Positions 38,322-47,428 of a DNA stretch of 64,000 nt are shown one piece after another. Below the pieces are notes generated by a model. That model did not search any database and was not told the origin of the DNA. It was given only the letters and a program-made list of their open reading frames with translations. The stretch is from Candidatus Sumerlaeaceae bacterium (GTDB taxonomy: Bacteria; Sumerlaeota; Sumerlaeia; Sumerlaeales; Sumerlaeaceae), in the NCBI GenBank assembly GCA_051003195.1, contig JBPCLP010000025.1:106838-170837 (forward strand), in the 5' to 3' direction. Every line of letters begins with the position of its first letter. Within the stretch, counting starts at the first letter, position 1. The translations under genes were made by a program, and so were the position numbers.

Positions 38322-40055
38322 CTAGAATCGCCCGCTGAAGGTGATGACGAGTGCAAGGATGCCGAGCACAAAAAGCGCCCACCACAGGGTAATGTTGTTA
38401 TACCATCGGTCGCCAAGGTCCTCGGTAATGTTCAACTTGCGCCAGTTGATCGTCATGTCGTCGTTCACCTGCTCCGGGCGCGGCCGCGGGGTGAGCAGGC
38501 TGACGGTTACGCACACGGTAACGCACAGCAGCCAATTTACGAAGGCTTGCATGGCGTAGGGCTTCAACCATGGTAACAGATCGGGCCATTTTGCCACGAC
38601 GATTTTCATGAAGATGCCCGCGGTGAATCCGACCACAACCGCGGCAATTGCACCAGGTCCGTTGATGCGACGGGACAGCACTCCCAGCAGAAAGATCGCG
38701 GCAAACGGTGGTGCAAAAAACGCGTACATGGTTTGGATGTAGACGAACAGTCCGCCACCGAAGAACTTGCTGATATTTTCAATGTTACGCGCCAGCACCA
38801 TGGCGATGCAGAGGATGACGCCGGTGGTGACGATCCCAACGTTGACGTAATGGCGGTCAGGCGCGTCCCGTCGCATCCAACGCCGGTACATGTCCATCGT
38901 GAACATAGCCGAGGTGGAGTTGAGCACAGACGTTACTGTGGACTGGATGGCGCCAAACAGTGCCGCCAGGAAGAATCCAAGCAGTCCGGCGGGCATCAGT
39001 GTTTGCAGCATGTGGATATATGCCTGGTCTCGCTCCTTCACGGTGACGCCGGCGGGCTGAAGCAGCAGTTCCGGCGCCTTTGCGAACAGGATGAGTCCGG
39101 GGACCACAACGATCGCGGGCATCAGGATTTTCATAAATCCGGCGAGCACGATACCCATGCGCGCATGCCACATATTGCGTGCGCCCAGCACGTTCTGGAT
39201 CATGTACTGGTTGATAACGTTGTACCACAGGCCGACTGACAACCAGCCTACCAGAAGCTGTGGCCATGGGTTGGTGGCGTGGGTAATGGGCTGAATGACG
39301 GAGAGGCGGTTATAGTCGTCCATGCGTACGATGTTCTGTGCGTTCTTCGCAACAGCTTCCGCCCATACACCGCTTTTTGCCGTGTTGCGCTCGATCATGA
39401 TGCGCCATCCCTCAACCAGCGAGTGTGAATCGCCAGAGAGCATATAGAGGCCAAGGATGGTGACGGTCAGCCCGCCGGTCACCATCACAATGACGGTAAA
39501 GAAATCCGTCCACGCGACCGACAGCAAGCCTCCATACATTGCCCACATAGCCGATGCGATTCCAATCGCGACGATACAGTAGGTAAGGTCCCAGCCGAAC
39601 AGCTCGCGCAATGCCAGCCCGCCGCCGTACAGAACACCGGCGAGGGCGGCCACGATGTTGCTGATGATGCTGACAACGGCGAAGAACTGCCGGAGAAATG
39701 GATGGAAGCGCTTCTCAAGAAATTCGGGAGTGGTAAGAACTTTGGACGAAAGCAGCCGCGGAATGAAGAACCAGATGAGCAACGAGAAGGTCCATACGTT
39801 ACCCCATTCCTGCGCCGAAACGCAGATACCGAACACATAGGCTGCGCCGACCATGCCGATGAAGTGTTCGCTGCTGATGTTCGCCGCGATGAACGATCCA
39901 CCGATGACGTACCATGGGAGCGTTCGCCCGGCGAGGAAGTAGTCGTCGGCTTTGTGCTTCTTTTTACGCCCAACCCACAAGCCCACGGCGCACAAGCCGG
40001 TAAAGTAGATCGCGAAGACTACATAGTCGAGGGTCTGCAGGCTAAAACCGGTCAT
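38322..40055 (-). CDS. Sodium:solute symporter (SSS family)
   Basis: DYFLAGRTLPW, AANISSEHFIG, PEFLEKRF, GGLLSVAWTD, many TMs. Confidence 0.93.
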   Translation of the reverse strand: MTGFSLQTLDYVVFAIYFTGLCAVGLWVGRKKKHKADDYFLAGRTLPWYVIGGSFIAANISSEHFIGMVGAAYVFGICVSAQEWGNVWTFSLLIWFFIPRLLSSKVLTTPEFLEKRFHPFLRQFFAVVSIISNIVAALAGVLYGGGLALRELFGWDLTYCIVAIGIASAMWAMYGGLLSVAWTDFFTVIVMVTGGLTVTILGLYMLSGDSHSLVEGWRIMIERNTAKSGVWAEAVAKNAQNIVRMDDYNRLSVIQPITHATNPWPQLLVGWLSVGLWYNVINQYMIQNVLGARNMWHARMGIVLAGFMKILMPAIVVVPGLILFAKAPELLLQPAGVTVKERDQAYIHMLQTLMPAGLLGFFLAALFGAIQSTVTSVLNSTSAMFTMDMYRRWMRRDAPDRHYVNVGIVTTGVILCIAMVLARNIENISKFFGGGLFVYIQTMYAFFAPPFAAIFLLGVLSRRINGPGAIAAVVVGFTAGIFMKIVVAKWPDLLPWLKPYAMQAFVNWLLCVTVCVTVSLLTPRPRPEQVNDDMTINWRKLNITEDLGDRWYNNITLWWALFVLGILALVITFSGRF

Positions 40056-40187
40056 CGGTATTCTGAATGAGGAAAATGGAATGGGGAACGTGAAGAGCGA
40101 AGAGCGATGAGCGAAAAGCGAATCTGTGCACAGCACACCGTTTGAGAATTTCGTGGATCTTTGCGGCTGTTGCGCTGTGGTTCCATT

Positions 40188-41048
40188 TTAGTCCGCCTTC
40201 TCATCCACGCACACCTGCCGCTGTGTGCCAAGGCCGTCGATCCCGAGTTCCATTACGTCACCCGCTTTCAGGTACGTCGGGGGTTTCATACCGAGACCAA
40301 CACCTGGCGGTGTGCCGGTGGAGATGATGTCTCCCGGTAGTAAGGTCATAAACTGGCTGAGGTACGAGATGAGGAACGGTACCCGGTACACCATCGTCGA
40401 GGTCGATCCATTCTGGCGCTTTTCCCCATTCACGTTCAGCCACATTCCAAGAGTACCAGGTTCTGGCACTTCGTCGGGCGTGACAATCCAGGGTCCCACT
40501 GGCGAGAAGGTGTCACAGCTCTTCCCCTTCACCCACTGTCCCTCGCGTTCCAACTGGTAACTGCGCTCGCTGATGTCGTTCACAATCGTAAAGCCGGCGA
40601 CGTAATCCATTGCCTCAGTTTCACGGATACGTTTTGCGCGCCGCCCGATCACGACAGCCAGTTCCACTTCCCAGTCGGTTTTCAGGCTGCCGAGCGGAAT
40701 CATCACGTCGTCGTTTGGACCACACAGCGACGTTGTCGATTTCATGAACACAACAGGCTCGCTGGGAACCTTAGCTCCGGATTCGGCCGCGTGGTCTGCA
40801 TAGTTAAGCCCAATGCAGATGATTTTGCTGGGATCTGCAATGGGCGGACCAATGCGCCCGGGGTTTTCGACTCGCGGCGCGGCTTGCGTATTGGCGGCGA
40901 GCCACTCCCCCACCCTGGCGATTGCATCATCTGCGATGGTGGAGCGCGACCAGTCTGAGATCACCCCCGAGACATCGACGAACCCACCGTCGGGCAGAAT
41001 AACTGCCGGTTTTTCGCGGCCCGGCTCACCAAAACGCATCAGCTTCAT
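40188..41048 (-). CDS. Fumarylacetoacetate hydrolase family protein
   Basis: KIICIGLNYADH, DWEVELAVVIG, NDISER, GKSCDTF, GDIISTGTP. Confidence 0.93.
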   Translation of the reverse strand: MKLMRFGEPGREKPAVILPDGGFVDVSGVISDWSRSTIADDAIARVGEWLAANTQAAPRVENPGRIGPPIADPSKIICIGLNYADHAAESGAKVPSEPVVFMKSTTSLCGPNDDVMIPLGSLKTDWEVELAVVIGRRAKRIRETEAMDYVAGFTIVNDISERSYQLEREGQWVKGKSCDTFSPVGPWIVTPDEVPEPGTLGMWLNVNGEKRQNGSTSTMVYRVPFLISYLSQFMTLLPGDIISTGTPPGVGLGMKPPTYLKAGDVMELGIDGLGTQRQVCVDEKAD

Positions 41049-41197
41049 TCGTATTCTTCGAACTCCATTCTGAAAGGAAACGGTTGCAGAGCGAATGCGG
41101 GGCAGACAATTCACAAGTTCAAAAGCTTAGCTCGTGTGCGACTTTCAAATGCGTCGAAGTCGACATGCACCATAGACATTAACTTCCAGGACCACCT

Positions 41198-42457
41198 ATG
41201 ATTTCCAGGCTATCCGGTTGTGCCGCTGCGCTGCTCATTTTCAGCTGCGTTAATGCCCCAGGCGCGCCGTCGAAGGTCACCTTCGACGAAAACGGCGTGC
41301 TGCAGATTGATGGTCGCAAAGAATTCGTGATTTCATTCAGCATCCCGCCGCCGCCCGGGGGAAAGACGCCAGATGGCAAAGATGGATGGGCTGAGCTGAA
41401 GGAAGCGGGCACCAATTTCTTTCGGATCGCCGCGCGCAAAGACGAACCGCAGGGCGGCGAAGCTGCAATCCGCAGGCTGCAAGGGTGCCTGGATGCCGCG
41501 GCGCAACACGGCATGCACTGCTGGGTGACGATGAACGAGTTGCCCAGCATCAAACCGGGCGACACGGAAAAAGAACAGAAGCTACGCGCAATGATTGCGC
41601 GGTTCAAAGATCATCCAGGGCTTGGAGCATGGAAGGGATATGACGAGCCGGCATGGGTAAAAATGCCGCACGAACCACTGGTGGCTGCTTACAAGATCTT
41701 CAAGGAGATGGATCCGCACCATCCAGTAATTATTATCCAGGCACCGACCAAGGCATCGTTGCCGCTGGAGCCTTATGCCGCGGCGGGTGACGTGTTTGGA
41801 GTAGACATTTATCCGGTCGCATACCCGCCCGGAAGGCACTCGGATTTTGGGAATCGGGAACTGAGTGTGGTGTCGGATTGCACGAAATGGATTCGCGCCG
41901 CAGTCCCGGGCAAGCCAACATGGATGACGCTGCAGGTGGCGTGGGGAGGCGTTGCATCGACAGGTAAGCGGTTGCGGTTCCCCAGTTTCCATCAACAACG
42001 GTATATGGCTTATGCCGCCGTCATAAATGGAGCGCGGGGCTTGAACTGGCAGGGACCTGCGCTGCCATCGACGCTAAACGAGACTGATGCACCGCTGGAA
42101 TGGAACTGGACGTATTGGCGCAAAGTGCAGAAAGCACTGGTGGAGGAACTTGGCGTGGACAGCCGTGTTAATCCCGCGCTGGTGATTGCAGACTCGAAGA
42201 TGCCGGTGAAGGTAGAGGGAGCCGACGACGTCGAGTTCTGCGTTCGCGAAGTTGGCGATGAAATCTTCGTGCTGGCCGCAAAACGTGAGGGCGAGACGGC
42301 CAAGGTGAAGTTCACCGGCCTGACCATTCCCGACGGCGCGGGGGCCGTGCTATTCGAGGAGCCACAGAAGGTTCAGGTGAGGGGTGGTACGTTTGAAGAT
42401 TGGTTTGCGCCGAACGATGTGCATGTGTATTGTCTGAAACGGAGGGGGCATGAGTAG
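41198..42457 (+). CDS. Secreted glycoside-hydrolase-like TIM-barrel protein
   Basis: Signal peptide; KDHPGLGAW..YDEP, DPHHP, DVFGVDIYP, WMTLQ, GARG pattern. Confidence 0.6.
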   Translation: MISRLSGCAAALLIFSCVNAPGAPSKVTFDENGVLQIDGRKEFVISFSIPPPPGGKTPDGKDGWAELKEAGTNFFRIAARKDEPQGGEAAIRRLQGCLDAAAQHGMHCWVTMNELPSIKPGDTEKEQKLRAMIARFKDHPGLGAWKGYDEPAWVKMPHEPLVAAYKIFKEMDPHHPVIIIQAPTKASLPLEPYAAAGDVFGVDIYPVAYPPGRHSDFGNRELSVVSDCTKWIRAAVPGKPTWMTLQVAWGGVASTGKRLRFPSFHQQRYMAYAAVINGARGLNWQGPALPSTLNETDAPLEWNWTYWRKVQKALVEELGVDSRVNPALVIADSKMPVKVEGADDVEFCVREVGDEIFVLAAKREGETAKVKFTGLTIPDGAGAVLFEEPQKVQVRGGTFEDWFAPNDVHVYCLKRRGHE

Positions 42458-42809
42458 CGTGACGTACGATGCCACAGGAACAAATCGCAGATGTTAGCCT
42501 GGATGGGTGTGCTGGCGCGTCGTCTGCGACAACTGTGACCGAAGCGATTTGATCGCTTCAAAGTTCCGCACGTGTCCCTGAGGTCCGATGGGCGCGCAGT
42601 TGTACTTCGCGCGATAATGGGCTTCACGCATGGCCAGCTTGCAGCCTTCGATAGCGGCTGCGAAGTCACGATGGCGAAGCGCCTGTCGGATATTGTCCCG
42701 CTGGCTATAAAGTTCTATACGTTCTGCCAGTTTGTGAAGGTCGTGCATGATGAATTATTGAGCGTAAAGCGTGCCGTGGGCGCGAAGTGCATGCGGTGGC
42801 AGGCGGAAC

Positions 42810-43012
42810 TCGGAACGCGTTACTGGAGTTGTGCGGTTGGCCCAGGCTGAAGCCTGTACTCCGAACGAAGGCTGAAGCCTGTACTCCGGAACGATTGGTG
42901 GCTGGTGGGCTCCGGAACGCGTTATTGGAGTTGTGCAGTGGCCCAGGCTGAAGCCTGTACTCCGAACGAATCCTGAAGCCTGTATCCGGAACCTGTACTC
43001 CGGAACGATTGG
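42810..43012. repeat. Tandem REP-like cluster (two ~100-bp units)
   Basis: Repeated GGCTGAAGCCTGTACTCCG(G)AAC; larger unit CGGAACGCGTTA.TGGAGTTGTGC...ACGATTGG occurs twice. Confidence 0.8.
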
Positions 43013-43834
43013 CTATAGCTTCATTCCGCCCATGGCAAGGCCGCCGACGAAGTGTCGTTGGAAATACAGAAATATGAAAAAGGTCGGCAAAAAATTAATC
43101 GTCGCGGCGGCCATATTCAAGCCGAAGCTGGCGCTCGTGTCGGCAAATGTAGCCAGCCCGACGGTGAGTGGACGCATCGCCTCGCTCGTCGTAAAAATCA
43201 GCGGGAACAGAAAGCTGTTCCACGATGTGATGAAGCCCAGCGTCAGGAGTGTCGCGATGGCGGCTTTGCTCAGTGGCGCAATCACATGCTGCACTGTTTG
43301 CCATGGGTTGCAACCGTCCAGCGCGGCAGACTCCTCCAGGGTTTCGGGGATGGTATGCATGTATTGCCGCATCAGGAAGATGCCGGTTACGCTGAGAAGG
43401 TGCGGCACCGTCAGTACCCAGTAGGTATCTATCCAATCAAAGGCATTCATCAACAGGTAGAGCGGGGCCAGCGTTACCTGGAATGGAATCATCAACGACG
43501 CTAGGAAGAGCCAGAAGATCGCCTCGCGCCCCCAGAACTGCTTGCGTGCAAACACGTAACCGAGCAGCAGCGACATGGCGGTGCTGATCGCGACGGGAAT
43601 TGTTGAGATCAGCAAGGAATTGAAAGTCCATTGGAGCACAGAGGAACGTTTGAGCAGCACGCGGTAATTGTTGAACGTCGGGTGAGTGGGCACCCAGTCC
43701 CATGCACTGGTGAAATACGCACGGCTGTGCTGAAAAGATGCAGCGACCATGACAATAAATGGACCGACCAGGATCAGCAGCAGCATAAGGCAAACCGCCC
43801 ACCATACGACGCTGCTCAGCACGGGCTTGCGCAT
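43013..43834 (-). CDS. Carbohydrate ABC transporter permease (MalG-like)
   Basis: LEESAALDG EAA loop, WNSFLFPL. Confidence 0.93.
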   Translation of the reverse strand: MRKPVLSSVVWWAVCLMLLLILVGPFIVMVAASFQHSRAYFTSAWDWVPTHPTFNNYRVLLKRSSVLQWTFNSLLISTIPVAISTAMSLLLGYVFARKQFWGREAIFWLFLASLMIPFQVTLAPLYLLMNAFDWIDTYWVLTVPHLLSVTGIFLMRQYMHTIPETLEESAALDGCNPWQTVQHVIAPLSKAAIATLLTLGFITSWNSFLFPLIFTTSEAMRPLTVGLATFADTSASFGLNMAAATINFLPTFFIFLYFQRHFVGGLAMGGMKL

Positions 43835-43836
43835 GG

Positions 43837-44772
43837 TCAGTACCAGTCCGCCGTTTTGCCCAGCCAGCGCTTCTGCACCCATGTTACCAGAAGCACCATC
43901 GCCAGAAGCACGTACGCCGACGCCGACGCGTAGCCCATTCTAAAATTCTCAAATCCAGCCTGGTAGATAAAATAGACAATGGTTGTCGTGGCGTAGCCAG
44001 GCCCGCCCTGGGTCAGCAGGTACGCGGAATCAAAAACCTGGAACGCACCAATTGTCGTGAGTACGGCGACGAAGTAAATGGTTGGCCGCAGCAGCGGCAG
44101 GGTGATCTGCCGGAAGATACGCCATGGTCCCGCACCGTCGACGCGTGCCGCTTCGTAGAGAGGTTCCGGTATGCTCTGCAAGCCCGCGATAAAATACACC
44201 ATGTTCCATGCGGCGCCTTTTAACAGCCCGAGCAAGGCGAGCAGCGGCAGCGCAAGTTGCGCATCCTGAAGCCATCGGCGCGGCGGCAGACCGACTCCGC
44301 GCATGGCAACATTCGCCATCGAGGATGGATCCGCCTGGAACGTCCATTTGAAGATCAGGGCGAAGACCACAAACGAGGTAACTACCGGCAGGAAATACGC
44401 AGTTTTGAAAAAGCCTGCCGCGCGCGTGGAACGATTCACCAGCAGCGCCATCAGCAGCGGCAGCGCCATCATTGGTGGGACGTAGAACAGCGCGAACAGA
44501 AAAGTTCGTTTCAGCGCCTCGTGGAATTTCTGGCTGTGCCACAACTCGATGTAGTTCTCCAACCCAACGAGGTTTGGTGTTCCGAGCACCTTCCAGTCGG
44601 TGAAACTCAGGAAGAAACTGGCTATCACGGGAAAGAGCGTGAAGACGCTGAAGTGGATCAGCGCCGGCACGACGATACATGCGACGAAAAGTTTTTCAGA
44701 GCCGTTGAGACGCCGCGCGGGGGTGACCGCACGTGAGACGCTCGCAGCAACTGGCGCGGCGGCGTTGCTCAC
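43837..44772 (-). CDS. Carbohydrate ABC transporter permease (MalF-like)
   Basis: VGLENY, LYEAARVDGAG, ITLPLLRP, TQGGPG. Confidence 0.93.
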   Translation of the reverse strand: MSNAAAPVAASVSRAVTPARRLNGSEKLFVACIVVPALIHFSVFTLFPVIASFFLSFTDWKVLGTPNLVGLENYIELWHSQKFHEALKRTFLFALFYVPPMMALPLLMALLVNRSTRAAGFFKTAYFLPVVTSFVVFALIFKWTFQADPSSMANVAMRGVGLPPRRWLQDAQLALPLLALLGLLKGAAWNMVYFIAGLQSIPEPLYEAARVDGAGPWRIFRQITLPLLRPTIYFVAVLTTIGAFQVFDSAYLLTQGGPGYATTTIVYFIYQAGFENFRMGYASASAYVLLAMVLLVTWVQKRWLGKTADWY

Positions 44773-46067
44773 TTTTTCTGATCCGCGATGAGAAATTCAT
44801 TGGCAGCGGCCGCGCCATCCCTGATTGCCTGCTCCTCGGTCTTCTTGCCAAGGGCCGCCTGTTGGATCTCAGGCGCCAGCGCCTGCATGATCTGCCGCGC
44901 GTACACGCTTTTCACATCGGGACGGCAAAACTGCGCCTCCTTTTCCAGCGCGCTAAGTAGTGGATCATCTGAATAGAGCGCACCAACGGACCGCCTCGGC
45001 GGTAGAAACCCGGTCGTGCGGCAAAACCGCTTCATATTATCAGTCCGGGTCAGAAAGCGCAGCCACAGCACGGTTTCCTCAGGATGTCGGGATGCCGCAA
45101 AAATACCGAAGCCGCCAATACTGCCATAGCTCGCGCGCTGCTTATATTTGAGTATCGGCGCGACACCGAATCGCAACTTCGGTGCATCGCGCCGTAGCTG
45201 CTGAATCTCCAGCGGACCAACGCCCATGAAGTAACCGAGTTTTCCGGAGGGAAATTCCTGGCCCGGAACATCCGCCAGGTACGAACCGGGTATACACCCG
45301 TCCTTGAAGAGTCCCACAATAAACTTCAGAGCATCCATGCCGGCTGAACTGTCGAATGCCACGCGTCGTCCGTCCGGGCTCAGCACCTCCCCCCCGGCCT
45401 GCCACAGCAGCGGCCAAAAGGTCAGATTAAGCGTGTCACCCCCGAACACGTAACCGACCCCCCATTGATCGGGGTGTCCGTCGCCATTGTGGTCCTGTGT
45501 CAACCTGTGTGCCGCAACGTCCAATTCCTGCCACGTGGCCGGAGGCCGCTCCGGGTCTAATCCGGCAGCCGCAAACAGGTCCTTGTTATAGAGCGAAGTG
45601 GTAACCGTCCGCAGAATCGGGAATACCCACTGGTGACCATTAAGTGTAATGCCATCCATCACCGCGGGATCGTAGTCCGCGCGGTCTTCACTCGTCATGT
45701 TATCATCGATCGGGCGCAGCAACTTCTCCGACACAAGCCTTGCCACAAGATCCAGGTTCAGGTACACGGCATCGGGAGTTCGGTTGCCCGCTGCTGCCGT
45801 GATCATTTTCTGGATGCGCCCGGCCCAGGGCAGGGTTTCTATCTGGACCTTAATTCCAGGCTGCTCCTTCTCGAAATCGCGAACAAGCAGTTCGTACATC
45901 TCGCGATCACGAAGTTCCGGGAGCATGGGAAAGGTCCACATGCGCACGACCTTGCGCTTGCCTGCCTTTTCTGTCGAGCATCCGGCGAGCGCGAGCGCTA
46001 AACAGATGGCCGCGAGTCCGAGGACCAGTCCTCGCCGCAGTGGCGGTATGTCGAGCTTCGCATCCAT
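44769..46067 (-). CDS. Sugar ABC transporter substrate-binding lipoprotein
   Basis: Lipobox LAGC, YNKDLF..AG, PATWQEL. Confidence 0.9.
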   Translation of the reverse strand: MDAKLDIPPLRRGLVLGLAAICLALALAGCSTEKAGKRKVVRMWTFPMLPELRDREMYELLVRDFEKEQPGIKVQIETLPWAGRIQKMITAAAGNRTPDAVYLNLDLVARLVSEKLLRPIDDNMTSEDRADYDPAVMDGITLNGHQWVFPILRTVTTSLYNKDLFAAAGLDPERPPATWQELDVAAHRLTQDHNGDGHPDQWGVGYVFGGDTLNLTFWPLLWQAGGEVLSPDGRRVAFDSSAGMDALKFIVGLFKDGCIPGSYLADVPGQEFPSGKLGYFMGVGPLEIQQLRRDAPKLRFGVAPILKYKQRASYGSIGGFGIFAASRHPEETVLWLRFLTRTDNMKRFCRTTGFLPPRRSVGALYSDDPLLSALEKEAQFCRPDVKSVYARQIMQALAPEIQQAALGKKTEEQAIRDGAAAANEFLIADQKK

Positions 46068-46175
46068 GGGCGACGCAGCCCTGCCGTTGACAGCATGCAG
46101 GTGCAATGTAAAATTCCTTCTGCGTACACGGATGCAATCTTGCAGTCCGATATCTCGGCGCCACGCTGCAACCGA

Positions 46176-47204
46176 ATGTCGACCCCCGAACACACTGCGC
46201 GCTACCTCGCCGCCGCTGACGGACGAGTCGTTTGGCAGGAGCGCGCCTTCGGCCCGCTTCCGCCGCTGCACGTGCGCGTGCGCACGCTCTTCTCCGGACT
46301 CAGCGTGGGCACGGAGATCGAAACTGTGAGGCGCAGCAAGAGCGGGACTTTGGCCGCGGACGCCAACCTTGGCTACCAGCTTGTGGGCGAAGTGCTTGAA
46401 TCCGCGATTGATGGAATCGTGCCGGGGACACGCGTGGCGTGTTACGGTGGCCCCTATGTTCACCACGCCTCGATCGTGGAGGTTCCGAAACACCTGTGTG
46501 CTCAACTACCGGCGTCTGTCGTTGTACCAGATGGGGGGTATTGTGGCCTCGGCGCCATTGCTCTGCACGCGTTCCGGAGCACCGCAGCAGCCCTGGGAGA
46601 AATAACTGCGGTCATCGGCCTTGGGATGGTCGGCAACCTCATTGCGCAGATCAGCCGCGCCGCAGGATGCCAGGTGTTCGGCCTGGAGCCTGTTGCCGAG
46701 CGCCGATCCCTGGCGGGAGAATGCGGAATTGCTACCGCGGCGTCGACGGCAGAATTGTACGACCAGGTTCTGTCCGCTTCTAACGGCGCAGGTGCCGATG
46801 CGGTGCTCATTGCCGCAGGAAACTGCTCGTCCGATCTCCTGGAATTTGCCTGCTCTCTCGTGCGTCGCGCTGGTTGCATAGCGATCGTCGGACTTTGCGA
46901 CGCTGCTGTTCCTCGCGAATCCCTCTTTCAAACGGAGGCGCGAATCCTTGTTCCCCGCGCCGGCGGCCCCGGACGCCGCGATCCACAGTACGAACGACTG
47001 GGGATCGACTATCCATACGAGCACGCGCGCTGGACGGAGCACCGCAACTTACACGAATTTCTCCGCCTGCTGGAAATCGGGGCGGTACAAATCAGCACAC
47101 TCTATGATGTGGTTCCAGTGTCTGATGCGCCGGCGACATACGAGCGGTTGCAATCCAGAATGTCCGCGCATCTCGGGCACGTTTTTGACTGGCAGGGTCT
47201 ATAG
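46176..47204 (+). CDS. Zinc-binding / MDR family dehydrogenase
   Basis: SVGTE, LGY..VGEV, VIGLGMVG, GADAV, GPGR.DP.YE..G.DYP..RWTE.RN. Confidence 0.85.
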   Translation: MSTPEHTARYLAAADGRVVWQERAFGPLPPLHVRVRTLFSGLSVGTEIETVRRSKSGTLAADANLGYQLVGEVLESAIDGIVPGTRVACYGGPYVHHASIVEVPKHLCAQLPASVVVPDGGYCGLGAIALHAFRSTAAALGEITAVIGLGMVGNLIAQISRAAGCQVFGLEPVAERRSLAGECGIATAASTAELYDQVLSASNGAGADAVLIAAGNCSSDLLEFACSLVRRAGCIAIVGLCDAAVPRESLFQTEARILVPRAGGPGRRDPQYERLGIDYPYEHARWTEHRNLHEFLRLLEIGAVQISTLYDVVPVSDAPATYERLQSRMSAHLGHVFDWQGL

Positions 47205-47249
47205 AGACACGGCTACGGAAGAGGGCTATGGCTATTGTGATATCCCATT

Positions 47250-47428
47250 AATTCGTTCACTGGTTTTGTGTGCCGTCCGAGTTCGAAAGCTTCCTGAAGT
47301 ATGAGTATGAACTTCCGGGACGGCGCACTAGGGGTGGTCCACCGTTAGTTCGTAATCTGTTCTGTGTGCCGAATCGAGGTCAAATCTGCTCTTTGGTCTG
47401 GTGAGGAACTACTGATTCGGCACACTAG
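47250..47428. repeat. Two adjacent family A repeats (the second supplies the FG-GAP stop codon)
   Basis: GTGTGCCGTCC...GGACGGCGCACTAG (47250-47331) and GTGTGCCGAATC...GATTCGGCACACTAG (47346-47428). Confidence 0.75.

Noticed and set aside
42494..42748. 84-aa minus-strand ORF
   Set aside because: No recognisable motif or clear RBS; cannot be supported.
42810..43012. Possible CRISPR array
   Set aside because: No unique, constant-length spacers and no cas genes; the intervening DNA is itself duplicated.
43013..46067. ABC transporter lacking an ATPase gene
   Set aside because: Common for CUT1 sugar transporters that share an MsmK-type ATPase.
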